A stretch of DNA of 63,414 nucleotides, counting the filler, from Octopus bimaculoides (Eukaryota), in the NCBI RefSeq assembly GCF_001194135.2. It is 6 parts of 6 records of this genome, joined end to end, with 100 filler letters (N's around TTAATTAATTAA, not from the genome) between each part and the next. Parts side by side here need not be neighbours in the genome. Positions count along the whole stretch, not along the records: positions 19,715 to 45,025 come from NC_068986.1; 5 more parts are not named here. The stretch is one strand, 5' to 3'. The notes beneath the pieces are model-generated. The model did no database searches. It saw nothing but the letters and a program-made list of their open reading frames with translations, and had not been told where the DNA came from. The position numbers and the translations under genes are program-made. Shown one piece after another: positions 27,408 through 39,764 of this stretch. Within the stretch, counting starts at the first letter, position 1. Every line of letters begins with the position of its first letter.

Positions 27408-27659
27408 CTTGCGATATATATACCTATGGTTACAACTGCAACATGACTTGCGATTGTGTCAAAGGAAGTTGTGATCCAGTGAAGGGGTGTATATGCAACG
27501 CCGGTTATATAGGCGTTAAATGTGACACCAGAAAAGATTTTTGTGCTGAAAATATTGGCAGCTGTGACAACAAAACTTCGGAATGTGTTAACGGGGAACA
27601 AAATTATACATGTGTCTGCAAAGATGGTTATTTCAAGACTGAATCTGGAAGTTGTCAAA
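27408..27659 (+). CDS. EGF-SEA gene exon: MEGF/laminin-type EGF repeat plus EGF domain
   Basis: TTTATAG / GTAAGT, 252 nt, phase 1-1. Reads (P)CDIYTYGYNCNMTCDCVKGSCDPVKGCICNAGYIGVKCDTRKDFCAENIGSCDNKTSECVNGEQNYTCVCKDGYFKTESGSCQ. Confidence 0.93.
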
Positions 27660-27859
27660 GTAAGTTTTACATATACTCGTTGATTGTTTGTTTTAGTCTA
27701 ACGTGCTATCTTTTGGTTCTCTAAAGATTATTGTTACAGCCAATATTTTAGGATTCATGTTAACTAGTAGAAACAATGATAGATTTATAAATTATTTCAT
27801 CCATAAGATGCATTACAGACGTTTTGAGAATTTTCCAGAAGAGACATTAAATTGAAAGA

Positions 27860-28112
27860 AGTACAAAACCCTAATCGCCTTCAAAGTAGGATCCTCTCAC
27901 TTCAGTGCGCTCGTTTTAGCACTCCAGCCACTTCACGAAGGCCCCCATGGAAGTCCTTCATTGTAAGATATCCAACACCCTTGTCACAACTTCCTTCATC
28001 TTCTCAATGCCTTCAAAACGACTGCACTTGAGGTTCTCGTTCAGCTTGGGAAAAATCAAAAGTTAGGGCGCAAGGTCTGGACTGTAGGGAGGATTAGGAA
28101 CAATTTTGATGT
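27860..28112 (-). mobile_element. mariner transposase C-terminal fragment
   Basis: Minus strand reads IKIVPNPPYSPDLAP*...FPKLNENLKCSRFEGIEKMKE...GSYFEGD*. Confidence 0.85.
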
Positions 28113-28822
28113 ACATCTCTGTCAATTAGTTATTAATCACAATGGAATTGTAGACTGGTGAATTGTCCAGGTGCAAGTGATATGCAAAACTGAAACGTGC
28201 TAACGAAGGAGGTTCTATATTGTTTTTGGAAATAGTAACCAGAATCTTCCTCATAGCACACTCTGATATCTTTAGAAAATGCACAATAAGAAATAAATCA
28301 AGTACACAATACGTGAAATAAAAATGATTGACTGGTTGTGATGGATTGTCTTTCGTCATAGATCTGCTAAATGAAATAGAAAAAGGAAAATCAAAAGAAC
28401 AACCATTATTGCCACCCATTATCACCTTCACTACCACCACTGAAACCATCATTATCATCATCATCATCATCATCAATTCCGCGATCCCTACCTCAGAAGA
28501 AGACCCACTACCACCACCAATACCACCGATATCACCACCACCGACATCACCACCACCATAACCACCACCACAATCAGGATCAGTAACATCCCCATAACAA
28601 ACCGCACCTTTATCGCTACTACCATCATTACATCGTAATTGGTACCATCATGACCAGCAACAAGGCCACCGTGGTAATCATTATTCATACCACAGCAAAG
28701 ACCAACAACACTGACATTGCAGCAATCATCTTCACTACTCCATCATCTTCTCTGCTACCATAACATATTCTCTTTCTTTTAAATGAAAAATAACGAATTT
28801 TTTGGTTCTGTTACAATTTCAG

Positions 28823-28909
28823 TTTGTCTTGAGAAGAAGTATGGGAAAGATTGCTCTTTAACATGCCCTTGCAAGGAATCATGTGACCATATCAGTGGAA
28901 ACTGCACAG
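28823..28909 (+). CDS. EGF-SEA gene exon: short MEGF-type Cys repeat
   Basis: AATTTCAG / GTAGG, 87 nt, phase 1-1. Reads (I)CLEKKYGKDCSLTCPCKESCDHISGNCT. Confidence 0.85.
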
Positions 28910-29609
28910 GTAGGATTCGATTTGACTCTTCCGGAAAATACAAATAAATTGCATCAATGTTGAATTGTTGGTAATGTAAAAAGGTCTATATGCAGTATAT
29001 GACCGAAACCTTTCTTCCCTTCGTCAGCACTATCGTTCTTAAATAACTCATATCTTACAACAGCTGTTTCAGCAATCATATTCTGTGAAGAAAAGAATTA
29101 GCGTAAATGTGAGCTACAAATTTTGCGGGTGAGGAGCTAGGATACCTGTATTATTGTCTAAGAAAATGACGTCACTGTATATCAGTTGGTCTTCGTCTTC
29201 AACAATAGGGGATACTCTACATGATTGGCATCTCGATCTGCTAAACATATCCGCAAAATCTCAAGCCACACTTAGAAATGCAGAATATACTAGAAAATGT
29301 GGTGCTTGCTTGTCTTGTCATGGACCCTTAACTACTTGACGAAGTCGTAAGGGTTCCAGTGCCATCATTATATACGGTGTATCTTGAGCAAATTTAGATG
29401 AAACTATTCTGATCAAAATCCCTTCAGGTTTGATCAGAGTAAGTTATTTTCAGAAGGGAAAAGATAAATACAATGAGAGCAAGCGAAATATCAACCACAG
29501 TATCTGAGTGGTTCATTATTTCTCGACTCCAAAATGCTGTAAAGCAAACATGATCTCGGTATCATTTCAATACAGAAATATATATATGTACATATGAAAT
29601 AAATTAATG

Positions 29610-29846
29610 TGCCCTTTTAAAGCCTAGCCAGGCTCTTGGACCCGGTTTCCCGTTGTCAATGACGTATGTGTTCCCCATCTAGACGGGACGCCAGTCCATC
29701 GCAGCGTTACTCATTTTTGCCACCTGAGTGGACTGGAGCAACGTGAAATGAAGTGGTTTGCTCAAGAACGCAATGCGTCGCCCGGTCCAGGAATCGAAAC
29801 CACAATCTTACGATCATGATTCTGACCACTAAGCCACGCGCCTGCA
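29610..29846 (-). mobile_element. tRNA-derived SINE, family B (near full length)
   Basis: Minus strand head GCGTGGCTTAGTGGT...GTGGTTTCGATTCCTGGACC (A/B boxes), followed by the CTTGAGCAAACCACTTCATTTCACGTTGCTCCAGTCCAC domain. Confidence 0.85.
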
Positions 29847-30087
29847 TATATATATNNNNNNNNNNNNNNNNNNNNNNNNNNNNNNNNNNNNNNNNNNNNN
29901 NNNNNNNNNNNNNNNNNNNNNNNNNNNNNNNNNNNNNNNNNNNNNNNNNNNNNNNNNNNNNNNNNNNNNNNNNNNNNNNNNNNNNNNNNNNNNNNNNNNN
30001 NNNNNNNNNNNNNNNNNNNNNNNNNNNNNNNNNNNNNNNNNNNNNNNNNNNNNNNNNNNNNNNNNNNNNNNNNNTATATATATATAC

Positions 30088-30990
30088 CATTCTATAGTTT
30101 TTGAGATGAGGAATTATACACATTCTTTACGGTGAACGGATAGGTGTTCTCACCTTGTTTGTTGTTCTGGGAAAATTTCGAACCCAGCCCTTTATTTCAT
30201 TAATGGGATACTCTGTTCCCATTCCTACGTTATTCTTTTTTGATTATGTTAATTTTTTCTGTTGATATTACTTCCCAAGTCCCTACCTGGGACTGAACTT
30301 AGAATCTGCAGGTTAGTAGCCAGCATTCTTATTCACTTCGCTATATGACCGTGGTGAACTTTTGGACTTATAATCCTAATATTTTATCTTTTCTTAATAC
30401 CGTTTCCCATATTACATTCATATCTGCACTAGGCCTGCTTAGGAGGTGGTTGTATCCTAGCATATGTGCTGCCTCTTAATTTTCGTATTTTCCAGTGATG
30501 TTCTCTGTCTATCAATTTTACTTCATCCCACAGGGGAAAGGTGGTCTCCGTTTTTCCATACATGATCGGCTATAACCGATTTTTCAACACACCCGCGTAT
30601 CACAGCATCACGATGTTTCTCTACCCTTATTTTAAGAGAGAGACATGTTTTGCATTTGTATAACCTACAACAACCGCAAGGGATGGGATACACGCAGCTT
30701 CTGGTCATATTCTCTCCCACTGGTGGTTTTACTCGGAGGAGATACTTACGATGTGTTGTATTACTTCTTAAAACTGTTCTGATGTCATTTGGACGGTATA
30801 TCGTTTGCCTCTTTTGTGAGAGGTCTTTGACATAGGTTAGACAGACTGTGGTCAGTTTATGGCTCTCATCCTTTCTTCTCTTCCTAATTGGAGTGGATAG
30901 TATATTCTTTGGGTACTTGTTGCATAGCACATTGTTTCTTAGTGTGATCGTTTCTTCCTGGTGTGTATTAGGATCGCTACTGATCTTTAT
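30088..30990 (-). mobile_element. Penelope-like element 3' part: RT thumb end, GIY-YIG endonuclease, 3' UTR with tRNA-like segment, pseudo-LTR
   Basis: ORF 30523..31317(-) includes RSCVYPIPCGCCRLYKCKTCLSLKIRVEKHRDAV...KSVIADHVW, continuing by frameshift as PLWDEVKLIDREHHWKIRKL. 30088-30190 is the reverse complement of a diverged pseudo-LTR like 45990-46150, with the hammerhead part deleted. Confidence 0.85.
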
Positions 30991-31843
30991 ATTAACAAGT
31001 ATGGCAGGCACAAACGGCGTTGCATCACCATGATGAAAACTTTTAAGGACTTCCGAAACCGGTGTTTCTGTTGAATGTAAGGAGTTCTTCAGAGAACTCC
31101 TTTTGGACGGCTCTGATGATGTCATCCAAAATTGTTCACCAGCAACAAAAGCATAAGCATTGTTTAGCTTCCATTCAATATCTGTATATCTGTGTGTGTG
31201 TGCGTGTGTGTGTGTGTGTGTGCGCGTGTGTGCGTGTGAGTGTGCGTGTGCGTCTGTGTATATATATATATACACATATATCCATGCATGTACATTTGTA
31301 TTTCTACACGCACACACACATATGCCTTTCTAANNNNNNNNNNNNNNNNNNNNNNNNNNNNNNNNNNNNNNNNNNNNNNNNNNNNNNNNNNNNNNNNNNN
31401 NNNNNNNNNNNNNNNNNNNNNNNNNNNNNNNNNNNNNNNNNNNNNNNNNNNNNNNNNNNNNNNNNNNNNNNNNNNNNNNNNNNNNNNNNNNNNNNNNNNN
31501 NNNNNNNNNNNNNNNNNNNNNNNNNNNNNNNNNNNNNNNNNNNNNNNNNNNNNNNNNNNNNNNNNNNNNNNNNNNNNNNNNNNNNNNNNNNNNNNNNNNN
31601 NNNNNNTTCCATTCAATATCTGTATATCTGTGTGTGTGTGCGTGTGTGTGTGTGTGTGTGCGCGTGTGTGCGTGTGAGTGTGCGTGTGCGTCTGTGTATA
31701 TATATATATACACATATATCCATGCATGTACATTTGTATTTCTACACGCACACACACATATGCCTTTCTAAAATGGAAACCGAAATCTATATCACCTTAC
31801 TGTAATTATAAAAGTATAGTGTATGATCTTATCTTTTTTCCAG

Positions 31844-31885
31844 ATGATAAAACCACGGAAATATCCACAGTACCAACAACAGAAG
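31844..31885 (+). CDS. EGF-SEA gene micro-exon: Thr-rich stalk (copy 1)
   Basis: CTTTTTTCCAG / GTAAAT, 42 nt, phase 1-1. Reads (D)DKTTEISTVPTTE. Confidence 0.7.
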
Positions 31886-32872
31886 GTAAATAGTGGTTTA
31901 TAAATTTCTAACATTTCATTGTATTTTATTAATAAAATTTGCTTTCCCCTGATGNNNNNNNNNNNNNNNNNNNNNNNNNNNNNNNNNNNNNNNNNNNNNN
32001 NNNNNNNNNNNNNNGCTAGAAGGAAAAGGTTGCTGCCGTAACTTTCTGTGACAAGCCAGGTTCTGTGGAGGGTTATAGTCACTGCCAGATTACTTGATCA
32101 AAAATTAAATAGGACCACTTAGAATATAGTGAAGCACTACGAATTAGGTCAAGCAATCTCTTTAATAACAAATTGATTTGCGTCTCTTTAAGCCTTCGCT
32201 TTAGTTATAACAACACAGTTAAAAACTTGTCATTATTACAAGCTGTATCGTCTCATCCTTCATCTTCATTAAATTTCCTGTGTTGATACTAATATAGTAA
32301 TTTTACGAAGTAATGAGGAAACTGTCTTCATTTATACGCGTGACATGACCGCACCAGCCCGCTGTTCACTCTTGCACATTACATATGCTGCCTCGCATTT
32401 CCAGTTTATCTCTGGTGCCTCGTATTCCCTGTTTATCGCTTATACTCCGTATAGCTTTACGAAATCAGTTGATAGTAATATAGTTGCTTTACGAACTAGA
32501 GGTATTTTCCGACATTACGGTGCTTGGGTAATCTAGACTTAGAGTTAACCAATTACTCCAATACTATTGTTTATTTACTAATATAGGCATAACTGAAACA
32601 TCAACGACCTGTTTTTCATTCATATCTCCCATACTGAAAGTTTGTGTATAGGTTGTTTAAATTTTATAATTGTTATTGATGTATAAGCAGAAGAACAACA
32701 AGCGACAATATGCATATGTGCAGAGGATTTTCAGAGATATGGGCATACGTGATTATAATTTTATTCAGTTTCACAATTTTGGTATAGAGGTATTGCAGTC
32801 AACCTTTTTACATTTTCACGCGCACGTTTTGCGGTGGTGTCGCATGTGAGGGAAGGTACATGCATACATACA

Positions 32873-32930
<58 letters not shown>

Positions 32931-33875
32931 NNNNNNNNNNNNNNNNNNNNNNNNNNNNNNNNNNNNNNNNNNNNNNNNNNNNNNNNNNNNNNNNNNNNNN
33001 NNNNNNNNNNNNNNNNNNNNNNNNNNNNNNNNNNNNNNNNNNNNNNNNNNNNNNNNNNNNNNNNNNNNNNNNNNNNNNNNNNNNNNNNNNNNNNNNNNNN
33101 NNNNNNNNNNNNNNNNNNNNNNNNNNNNNNNNNNNNNNNNNNNNNNNNNNNNNNNNNNNNNNNNNNNNNNNNNNNNNNNNNNNNNNNNNNNNNNNNNNNN
33201 NNNNNNNNNNNNNNNNNNNNNNNNNNNNNNNNNNNNNNNNNNNNNNNNNNNNNNNNNNNNNNNNNNNNNNNNNNNNNNNNNNNNNNNNNNNNNNNNNNNN
33301 NNNNNNNNNNNNNNNNNNNNNNNNNNNNNNNNNNNNNNNNNNNNNNNNNNNNNNNNNNNNNNNNNNNNNNNNNNNNNNNNNNNNNNNNNNNNNNNNNNNN
33401 NNNNNNNNNNNNNNNNNNNNNNNNNNNNNNNNNNNNNNNNNNNNNNNNNNNNNNNNNNNNNNNNNNNNNNNNNNNNNNNNNNNNNNNNNNNNNNNNNNNN
33501 NNNNNNNNNNNNNNNNNNNNNNNNNNNNNNNNNNNNNNNNNNNNNNNNNNNNNNNNNNNNNNNNNNNNNNNNNNNNNNNNNNNNNNNNNNNNNNNNNNNN
33601 NNNNNNNNNNNNNNNNNNNNNNNNNNNNNNNNNNNNNNNNNNNNNNNNNNNNNNNNNNNNNNNNNNNNNNNNNNNNNNNNNNNNNNNNNNNNNNNNNNNN
33701 NNNNNNNNNNNNNNNNNNNNNNNNNNNNNNNNNNNNNNNNNNNNNNNNNNNNNNNNNNNNNNTATATAGATATATGTATATATGTATATATGTATATATG
33801 TACATATATATGTATATATATGTATATATATACATGTATATATATATATATACATACATACAGATATACATACGT

Positions 33876-33910
<35 letters not shown>

Positions 33911-34415
33911 CAGGGGTTGGACAAAATAATGGAAATAACCTTAAAATTTCAATCAAATTTATTTTAATATTTGGTAGCACCGTCTTTAGCAGTAATTAAA
34001 GCTTGAATTCTATGAGGTATGGAATCGAACAAAGTTTGAATTGTTTCCAAAAGAAGTTTTGTCCATTCTTTAGTTAAAACAGTTTCCAGTTCTTGTAGTA
34101 ATGATGGTGAATGTTATCGACTCCTTGTTTTTCTATAATGTATCATAAATGTTCGATAATATTGAGATCTAGTGACTGTGCTGGCTAGATAAGATGTTGA
34201 ACTTCATTAGCTAGTACGTTTCTCGTGTCATCCATTAACAACTTTAGCTGTGTGAATTGGTGCATTATCATACTTCTGGGCGTAATAAAACTGAAGAACC
34301 GCTATGATTAATGTGCGAATCTGAAAGGGGGTTATGCTGGATAAAATCATGATTAAGTGATTGTCCTGTATTTTCGTTTATCCAAAGTCAGGAATTGTTC
34401 AATACCCCTTCGTAA
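33911..34415 (-). mobile_element. Tc1 transposon 3' remnant with right TIR, inserted in (TA)n
   Basis: TA-CAGGGGTTGGACAAAATAATGGAAA TIR at 33911. Minus strand reads DNAPIHTAKVV and QSLDLNIIEHL, i.e. the Tc1 DNAP.H and SPDLNPIE motifs. Confidence 0.85.
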
Positions 34416-34418
34416 ATA

Positions 34419-34469
<51 letters not shown>

Positions 34470-34675
34470 GCGTGTGTGTGTGTGGTATATTAGGGCTAAT
34501 GTGTTGTCTAAATGACTGAATGGTAATTCTCTTGGACAAGCAATTCATTGAACTGGAGTTGAAACACTCGTGGTATTTTTTAAAATTATGTTTAATTCTT
34601 AATGCGGACTCTATTAGAGGACTGGAAGATTATATATGTATAATTGTGTTTGTGTGTGAGTGTGTGTGTGTGTGT

Positions 34676-34710
<35 letters not shown>

Positions 34711-34883
34711 NNNNNNNNNNNNNNNNNNNNNNNNNNNNNNNNNNNNNNNNNNNNNNNNNNNNTGCATGTACATTTGTATTTCTACACGCACACACACATA
34801 TGCCTTTCTAAAATGGAAACCGAAATCTATATCACCTTACTGTAATTATAAAAGTATAGTGTATGATCTTATCTTTTTTCCAG

Positions 34884-34925
34884 ATGATAAAACCACGGAA
34901 ATATCCACAGTACCAACAACAGAAG
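34884..34925 (+). CDS. EGF-SEA gene micro-exon: Thr-rich stalk (copy 2, identical to copy 1)
   Basis: Identical sequence and splice sites to 31844-31885; may be an assembly or haplotype duplicate. Confidence 0.55.
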
Positions 34926-35294
34926 GTAAATAGTGGTTTATAAATTTCTAACATTTCATTGTATTTTATTAATAAAATTTGCTTTCCCCTGATGATGATT
35001 AAACGTTCTCACTAGAGATAACCATATTTAAACATAGCTAGAAGGAAAAGGTTGCTGCCGTAACTTTCTGTGACAAGCCAGGTTCTGTGGAGGGTTATAG
35101 TCACTGCCAGATTACTTAATCAAAAATTAAATAGGACCACTTAGAATATAGTGAAGCACTACGAATTAGATCAAGCAATCTCTTTAATAACCAATTGTTT
35201 TACGTCTCTTTAACTGAGCCTTCGCTTTAGTTATAACAACACAGTTAAAAACTTGTCATTATTACAAGCTGTATAGTCTTATCTTTCATCTTCA

Positions 35295-35720
35295 GTATAG
35301 CTTGAATTCTATGAGGTATGGACTCTTACAAACTTTGAATTGTTTCCAAAAGAAGTTTTGTCCATTCTTCAGCTAATACAATATCCAGTTCTTGTAGTAA
35401 TGATGCTGGAGGTTATCGACTCCTTACTTGTTTTTCTAAAATGCATCATAAATGTTCGATAATATTGAGATCTAGTGACTCTGCTGGCCAGATAAGATGT
35501 TCAATTTCACTAGCTAGAATGTTCCTCATGCCATCCATTAACAACTTTAGCTGTGTGAAGTGATGTATTATCACCCTTCTGGGCGTAGAAAAACTGAAGG
35601 ACCGCTGCGATTTATGTGTGAATCTGAAAGGGGATTATGCTTAGTAAAAATCATAATTAACTGATTGTCCTGTATTTTCGTTTATCCAAAGCCAGGAATT
35701 TTTCAGTACACCTTCGTAAA
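35295..35720 (-). mobile_element. Second Tc1 fragment (part of duplicated segment Y)
   Basis: Diverged copy of about 33995-34415 without the TIR; minus strand reads WPAESLDLNIIEHL. Confidence 0.8.
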
Positions 35721-36529
35721 TATCTCTGTGTGTGTGTATGTATGTGTGTGCGCGTGTGTGTAACGTCTCTGTTCTACATACACGTTAGGACAGAAAGTTA
35801 TGGCTTTATGGCTTACTGCAGTTTATTAGATGAAATGAAGTAAGCGTATAAGCGCTATTTAAGAAAGATTTGCACCAATATAGGATTATTATTTTGGTAT
35901 ATTAGGGTTAATGAGACGTGCTGTTTAAATGACTGAATACTAATTCTCTTGGACAAACAGTTCATTGAACTGGATATGAAACACTTGTGCTATTTTTTTT
36001 TATTATGTTTAATTCTTAAAACGGACTCTATTAGTGGACTGGAAGATTCGAACTTGTAAATATTATTACTGAAATTAAGGCTACGTATTGAGCTGATATG
36101 AAAACTAGTTTTCTTGGTTTGGTTGTCAGGAAGTTTAATCAGTACAGAATATTCAATCACTGTTAAAATCTTGTCATTATTACAAGCTGTATTGTCTCAT
36201 CCTTCATCTTCATTATAGTTCCTGTGTTGATACTAATATCGTAATTTTACGAAGTAATGAGGAAACTGTCTTCATTTATACGCGTGACATGACCGCACCA
36301 GCCCGGTGTTCACTCTTGCACATTACATATGCTGCCTCGCATTTCCAGTTTATCTCTGGTGCCTCGTATTCCCTGTTTATCGCTTATACTCCGTATAGCT
36401 TTACGAAATCAGTTGATAGTAATATAGTTGCTTTACGAACTAGAGGTATTTTCCGACATTACGGTACTTGGGTAATCTAGACTTACCCAATTACTCCAAT
36501 ACTATTGTTTACTTACTAATTCAAGCATA

Positions 36530-37010
36530 ACTGCGGATTTTTCTAGTTTTATCTTTACATTTGCACCAATCTTTTCGAGCCATGTTAATAGTTGAGTTCT
36601 GATACTTCCACGCGCCCCAATTACTACTGATATCAAGCCCACTCTCTTCATAGCCCAGAACCTGCATATTTTTCACTTCAAATCGTCATAATTGTTCAGT
36701 TTTTCTTTCTCTTTATCTTTGATCGTGAAGTCACCGTGACACGCTATGTCAAAAATGATGCGAGTTTGTTTCTTTTCTGTTCACCACAGCAATATCAGGT
36801 TTCCGATGTCTGATCTGGTCGTCACACTGAATCATTCCTCTCCACAATATTTTGTTTCATTCCCGTTAATACCTTCTGGGATTTGATCGTATCACGTCTT
36901 TGCTCTTTTTAGTCTATTCTCATATCGTATTTTGCAATCGCGTTTCGGGTGCTTTTTTTAACAATGAGCCATATCGTTTCACCTCTCTCACCACACATTC
37001 TGCATTTACG
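36530..37010 (-). mobile_element. R4/Dong-type retrotransposon C-terminal fragment (Zn knuckle and REL endonuclease)
   Basis: Minus strand reads CRMCGERGETIW...; IQCDDQIRHRKPDIAVVNRK; IIFDIACHGDFTIKDKEKEKLNNYDDLK*KICRFW...SVVIGARGSI, the PD-(D/E)xK REL signature. Confidence 0.85.
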
Positions 37011-37618
37011 GCTCAAAATTAACAGCAGCAGCAACAAAAACAACAACAACAACAACAACAACAACAATAAATAAATGCCTTGATGCAGTATCAGGAGTAG
37101 CTCTCATGGCTTCTGATCATAACTGATTGGAAGTGTTATCATGTACGTTGTTTTGTCTTAGTATAAAAGATGGACTACAGCAAATATTCTGCTCAATACC
37201 TCAGATTTCGTTGTCACTTGTTTGACCTTAACCAGTTGAGTGTGTCCCTTAGTGGCTGACAATATTTGCATCTCTGATCACGAGCAGAAGTGGGGGAGTA
37301 TCATAGCATCATAGCATCATAGGAACAAGTATCTTGTACAGGAGATATATGACTACTTAGCATTGTATAGGCGTTGGTATGAATATCTGGAACAAATACG
37401 TCTATTCTATATCTGACTTTTCTCTCAATATACTTATCACAATAACACCATTTAAATAATTGCTGAAACGACTGTAATCCATTCTATTGCAAATGGTAAG
37501 TGTACTAAATATTTATGCGTAGCTTAATTGGTATCCAACGAAAAAGGTTTACATAATGTGTTGTATCATCTCCAGTTCTTAGCACCGAACTGTATTCAGT
37601 ATTCTCTTTCTTTTTCAG

Positions 37619-37692
37619 TTTTCTCTTATGCTGTTACCATTTGGATCAATATGACTTTCAATGATAATCTAAAAGACAAACTAAAACAAGCG
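37619..37692 (+). CDS. EGF-SEA gene exon: SEA module part 1
   Basis: TTTCTTTTTCAG / GTGAGT, 74 nt, phase 1-0. Reads (V)FSYAVTIWINMTFNDNLKDKLKQA. Confidence 0.75.
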
Positions 37693-38015
37693 GTGAGTTT
37701 AATCTCATGTGTATATAACTGTTTTTTAGTGTTACATACATATCTATCAAATTCTATATACATTACTCCTGCAACAGAAAACCAATGTCATTTATATAGT
37801 GTGTTTATTTCACTTTAACTAATAACGTATCTCTCAATCTATACACATATATATGGACTATGGACGTGGACACACATATACATATACATGCAAATGAATA
37901 TACACACACGCGCGCACACACATAATTGGTATTAAATATAACTTGGGTATTTCTAGCACCCTAGTCATATTTAGAGATAAATATATTTTCCCATTTTAGT
38001 AAAACATTCCCACTG

Positions 38016-38061
<46 letters not shown>

Positions 38062-38527
38062 NNNNNNNNNNNNNNNNNNNNNNNNNNNNNNNNNNNNNNN
38101 NNNNNNNNNNNNNNNNNNNNNNNNNNNNNNNNNNNNNNNNNNNNNNNNNNNNNNNNNNNNNNNNNNNNNNNNNNNNNNNNNNNNNNNNNNNNNNNNNNNN
38201 NNNNNNNNNNNNNNNNNNNNNNNNNNNNNNNNNNNNNNNNNNNNNNNNNNNNNNNNNNNNNNNNNNNNNNNNNNNNNNNNNNNNNNNNNNNNNNNNNNNN
38301 NNNNNNNNNNNNNNNNNNNNNNNNNNNNNNNNNNNNNNNNNNNNNNNNNNNNNNNNNNNNNNNNNNNNNNNNNNNNNNNNNNNNNNNNNNNNNNNNNNNN
38401 NNNNNNNNNNNNNNNNNNNNNNNNNNNNNNNNNNNNNNNNNNNNNNNNNNNNNNNNNNNNNNNNNNNNNNNNNNNNNNNNNNNNNNNNNNNNNNNNNNNN
38501 NNNNNNNNNNNNNNNNNNNNNNNNNNN

Positions 38528-38578
<51 letters not shown>

Positions 38579-38826
38579 ATGTAATTACGGTGCTGCAAAA
38601 CACCACCTTCGCTAGAAACTGCAGTGAAATGAACTCCTAAAGCACATAGAGCTGGAAGATAACTTAGAAACGATTTCTGAACTTGCACCAGGAAGCGCCT
38701 TCCTTTTTCACCCAAGTCTACTACAAACAAAGTGAACATTTAAAAGATACTCGCCTCACCGTACTTGCCTTTTCGTGTGAAGGCTGAAGGCACATTGCGG
38801 AATGAACTGTGTGAATAATTTATATG

Positions 38827-39455
38827 CACTAGCGTAGCTAGAAGGGGTGGGAATAGGGTTAGTCTGCTTCGGACGCGAATGTTTTTTTTCGAGGAGAGTT
38901 CCGGAGCGCAGTAATGAACTCATTTGCATGCAGCCAATCAGTGCTCACCTTTATATTGTTGTCAAGTTAACAAACACTCTCTACCAAACAAGCTCAAGAC
39001 GAAGAACGGTGTTGTAAGACGACCGATCACCAAGTTATGCCTGATTTTAGAAGGAGACAAGTAATTATATAGATTTGCATCGATACTTATTATCGGATTT
39101 TGTTAGGGCCCTATATGATAAAGATGTGGATTGGGAAAATGCGGGTAGAAGGTGATGTGCGAGTAACCCTCTCTCTTACTGTTTTACAAAGTAAACAACA
39201 ACATAAATAACTACGCAGAAGCAGCCATGGTTGAAACAAGCATGGTAATTCCTTGCCAAAGTGACCGTATCATATCAGCCATCACTTGTTATGCATTCAT
39301 AAATTAGTTTGACAGTTGAGCTCTGATCGGCTATATGCAAATGAGTTCACAACTGGAGTCTGGAACTCTAGTGGGAAAAAAATTCGCGGCCCGGGGGTAG
39401 GGGCGGCAAACACAAAGGCCTCTCCGGGCGGTACACACTCTAGCAATGCGACACT
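38827..39455. mobile_element. Fold-back/MITE-like element with long imperfect inverted arms
   Basis: Left arm CGCGAATGTTTTTTT...AGAGTTCC...TGAACTCATTTGCAT.CAGCCAATCAGTGCTCA is mirrored by the right arm TGAGCTCTGATCGGCT.ATGCAAATGAGTTCA...GGAACTCT...AAAAAAATTCGCG. No TSD was identified. Confidence 0.7.
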
Positions 39456-39709
39456 CGTTCTTGTCTAACGACCCTTCATGTCTGCCTTTGTTCGGTTTCT
39501 TTGTATGTCTCCACTGTCCTGTTTATGTTCCCAGCTTTGAGCCTCCATAAATCCCAAATTTTATTTTGATACTTATGGGAACAACTGTCCTCGAAGACTC
39601 ATGTTGTCGTTCAATGCTCGAAATGAGGAGTAGATAGACAGCCAATAACTGATGAAAAGTTGTTCTTTATGTTACTTGTCCTGTACCCATATATTAATAT
39701 GGGTATATC

Positions 39710-39764
<55 letters not shown>

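Noticed and set aside
29321-29358. Small hairpin TGGACCCTTA...TAAGGGTTCCA
   Set aside because: Single short imperfect stem with no associated element or terminal motif; compatible with chance.
31607-31750. Exact repeat of 31153-31332 across a gap
   Set aside because: Identical sequence on both sides of an N-run is typical of unmerged contig overlap.
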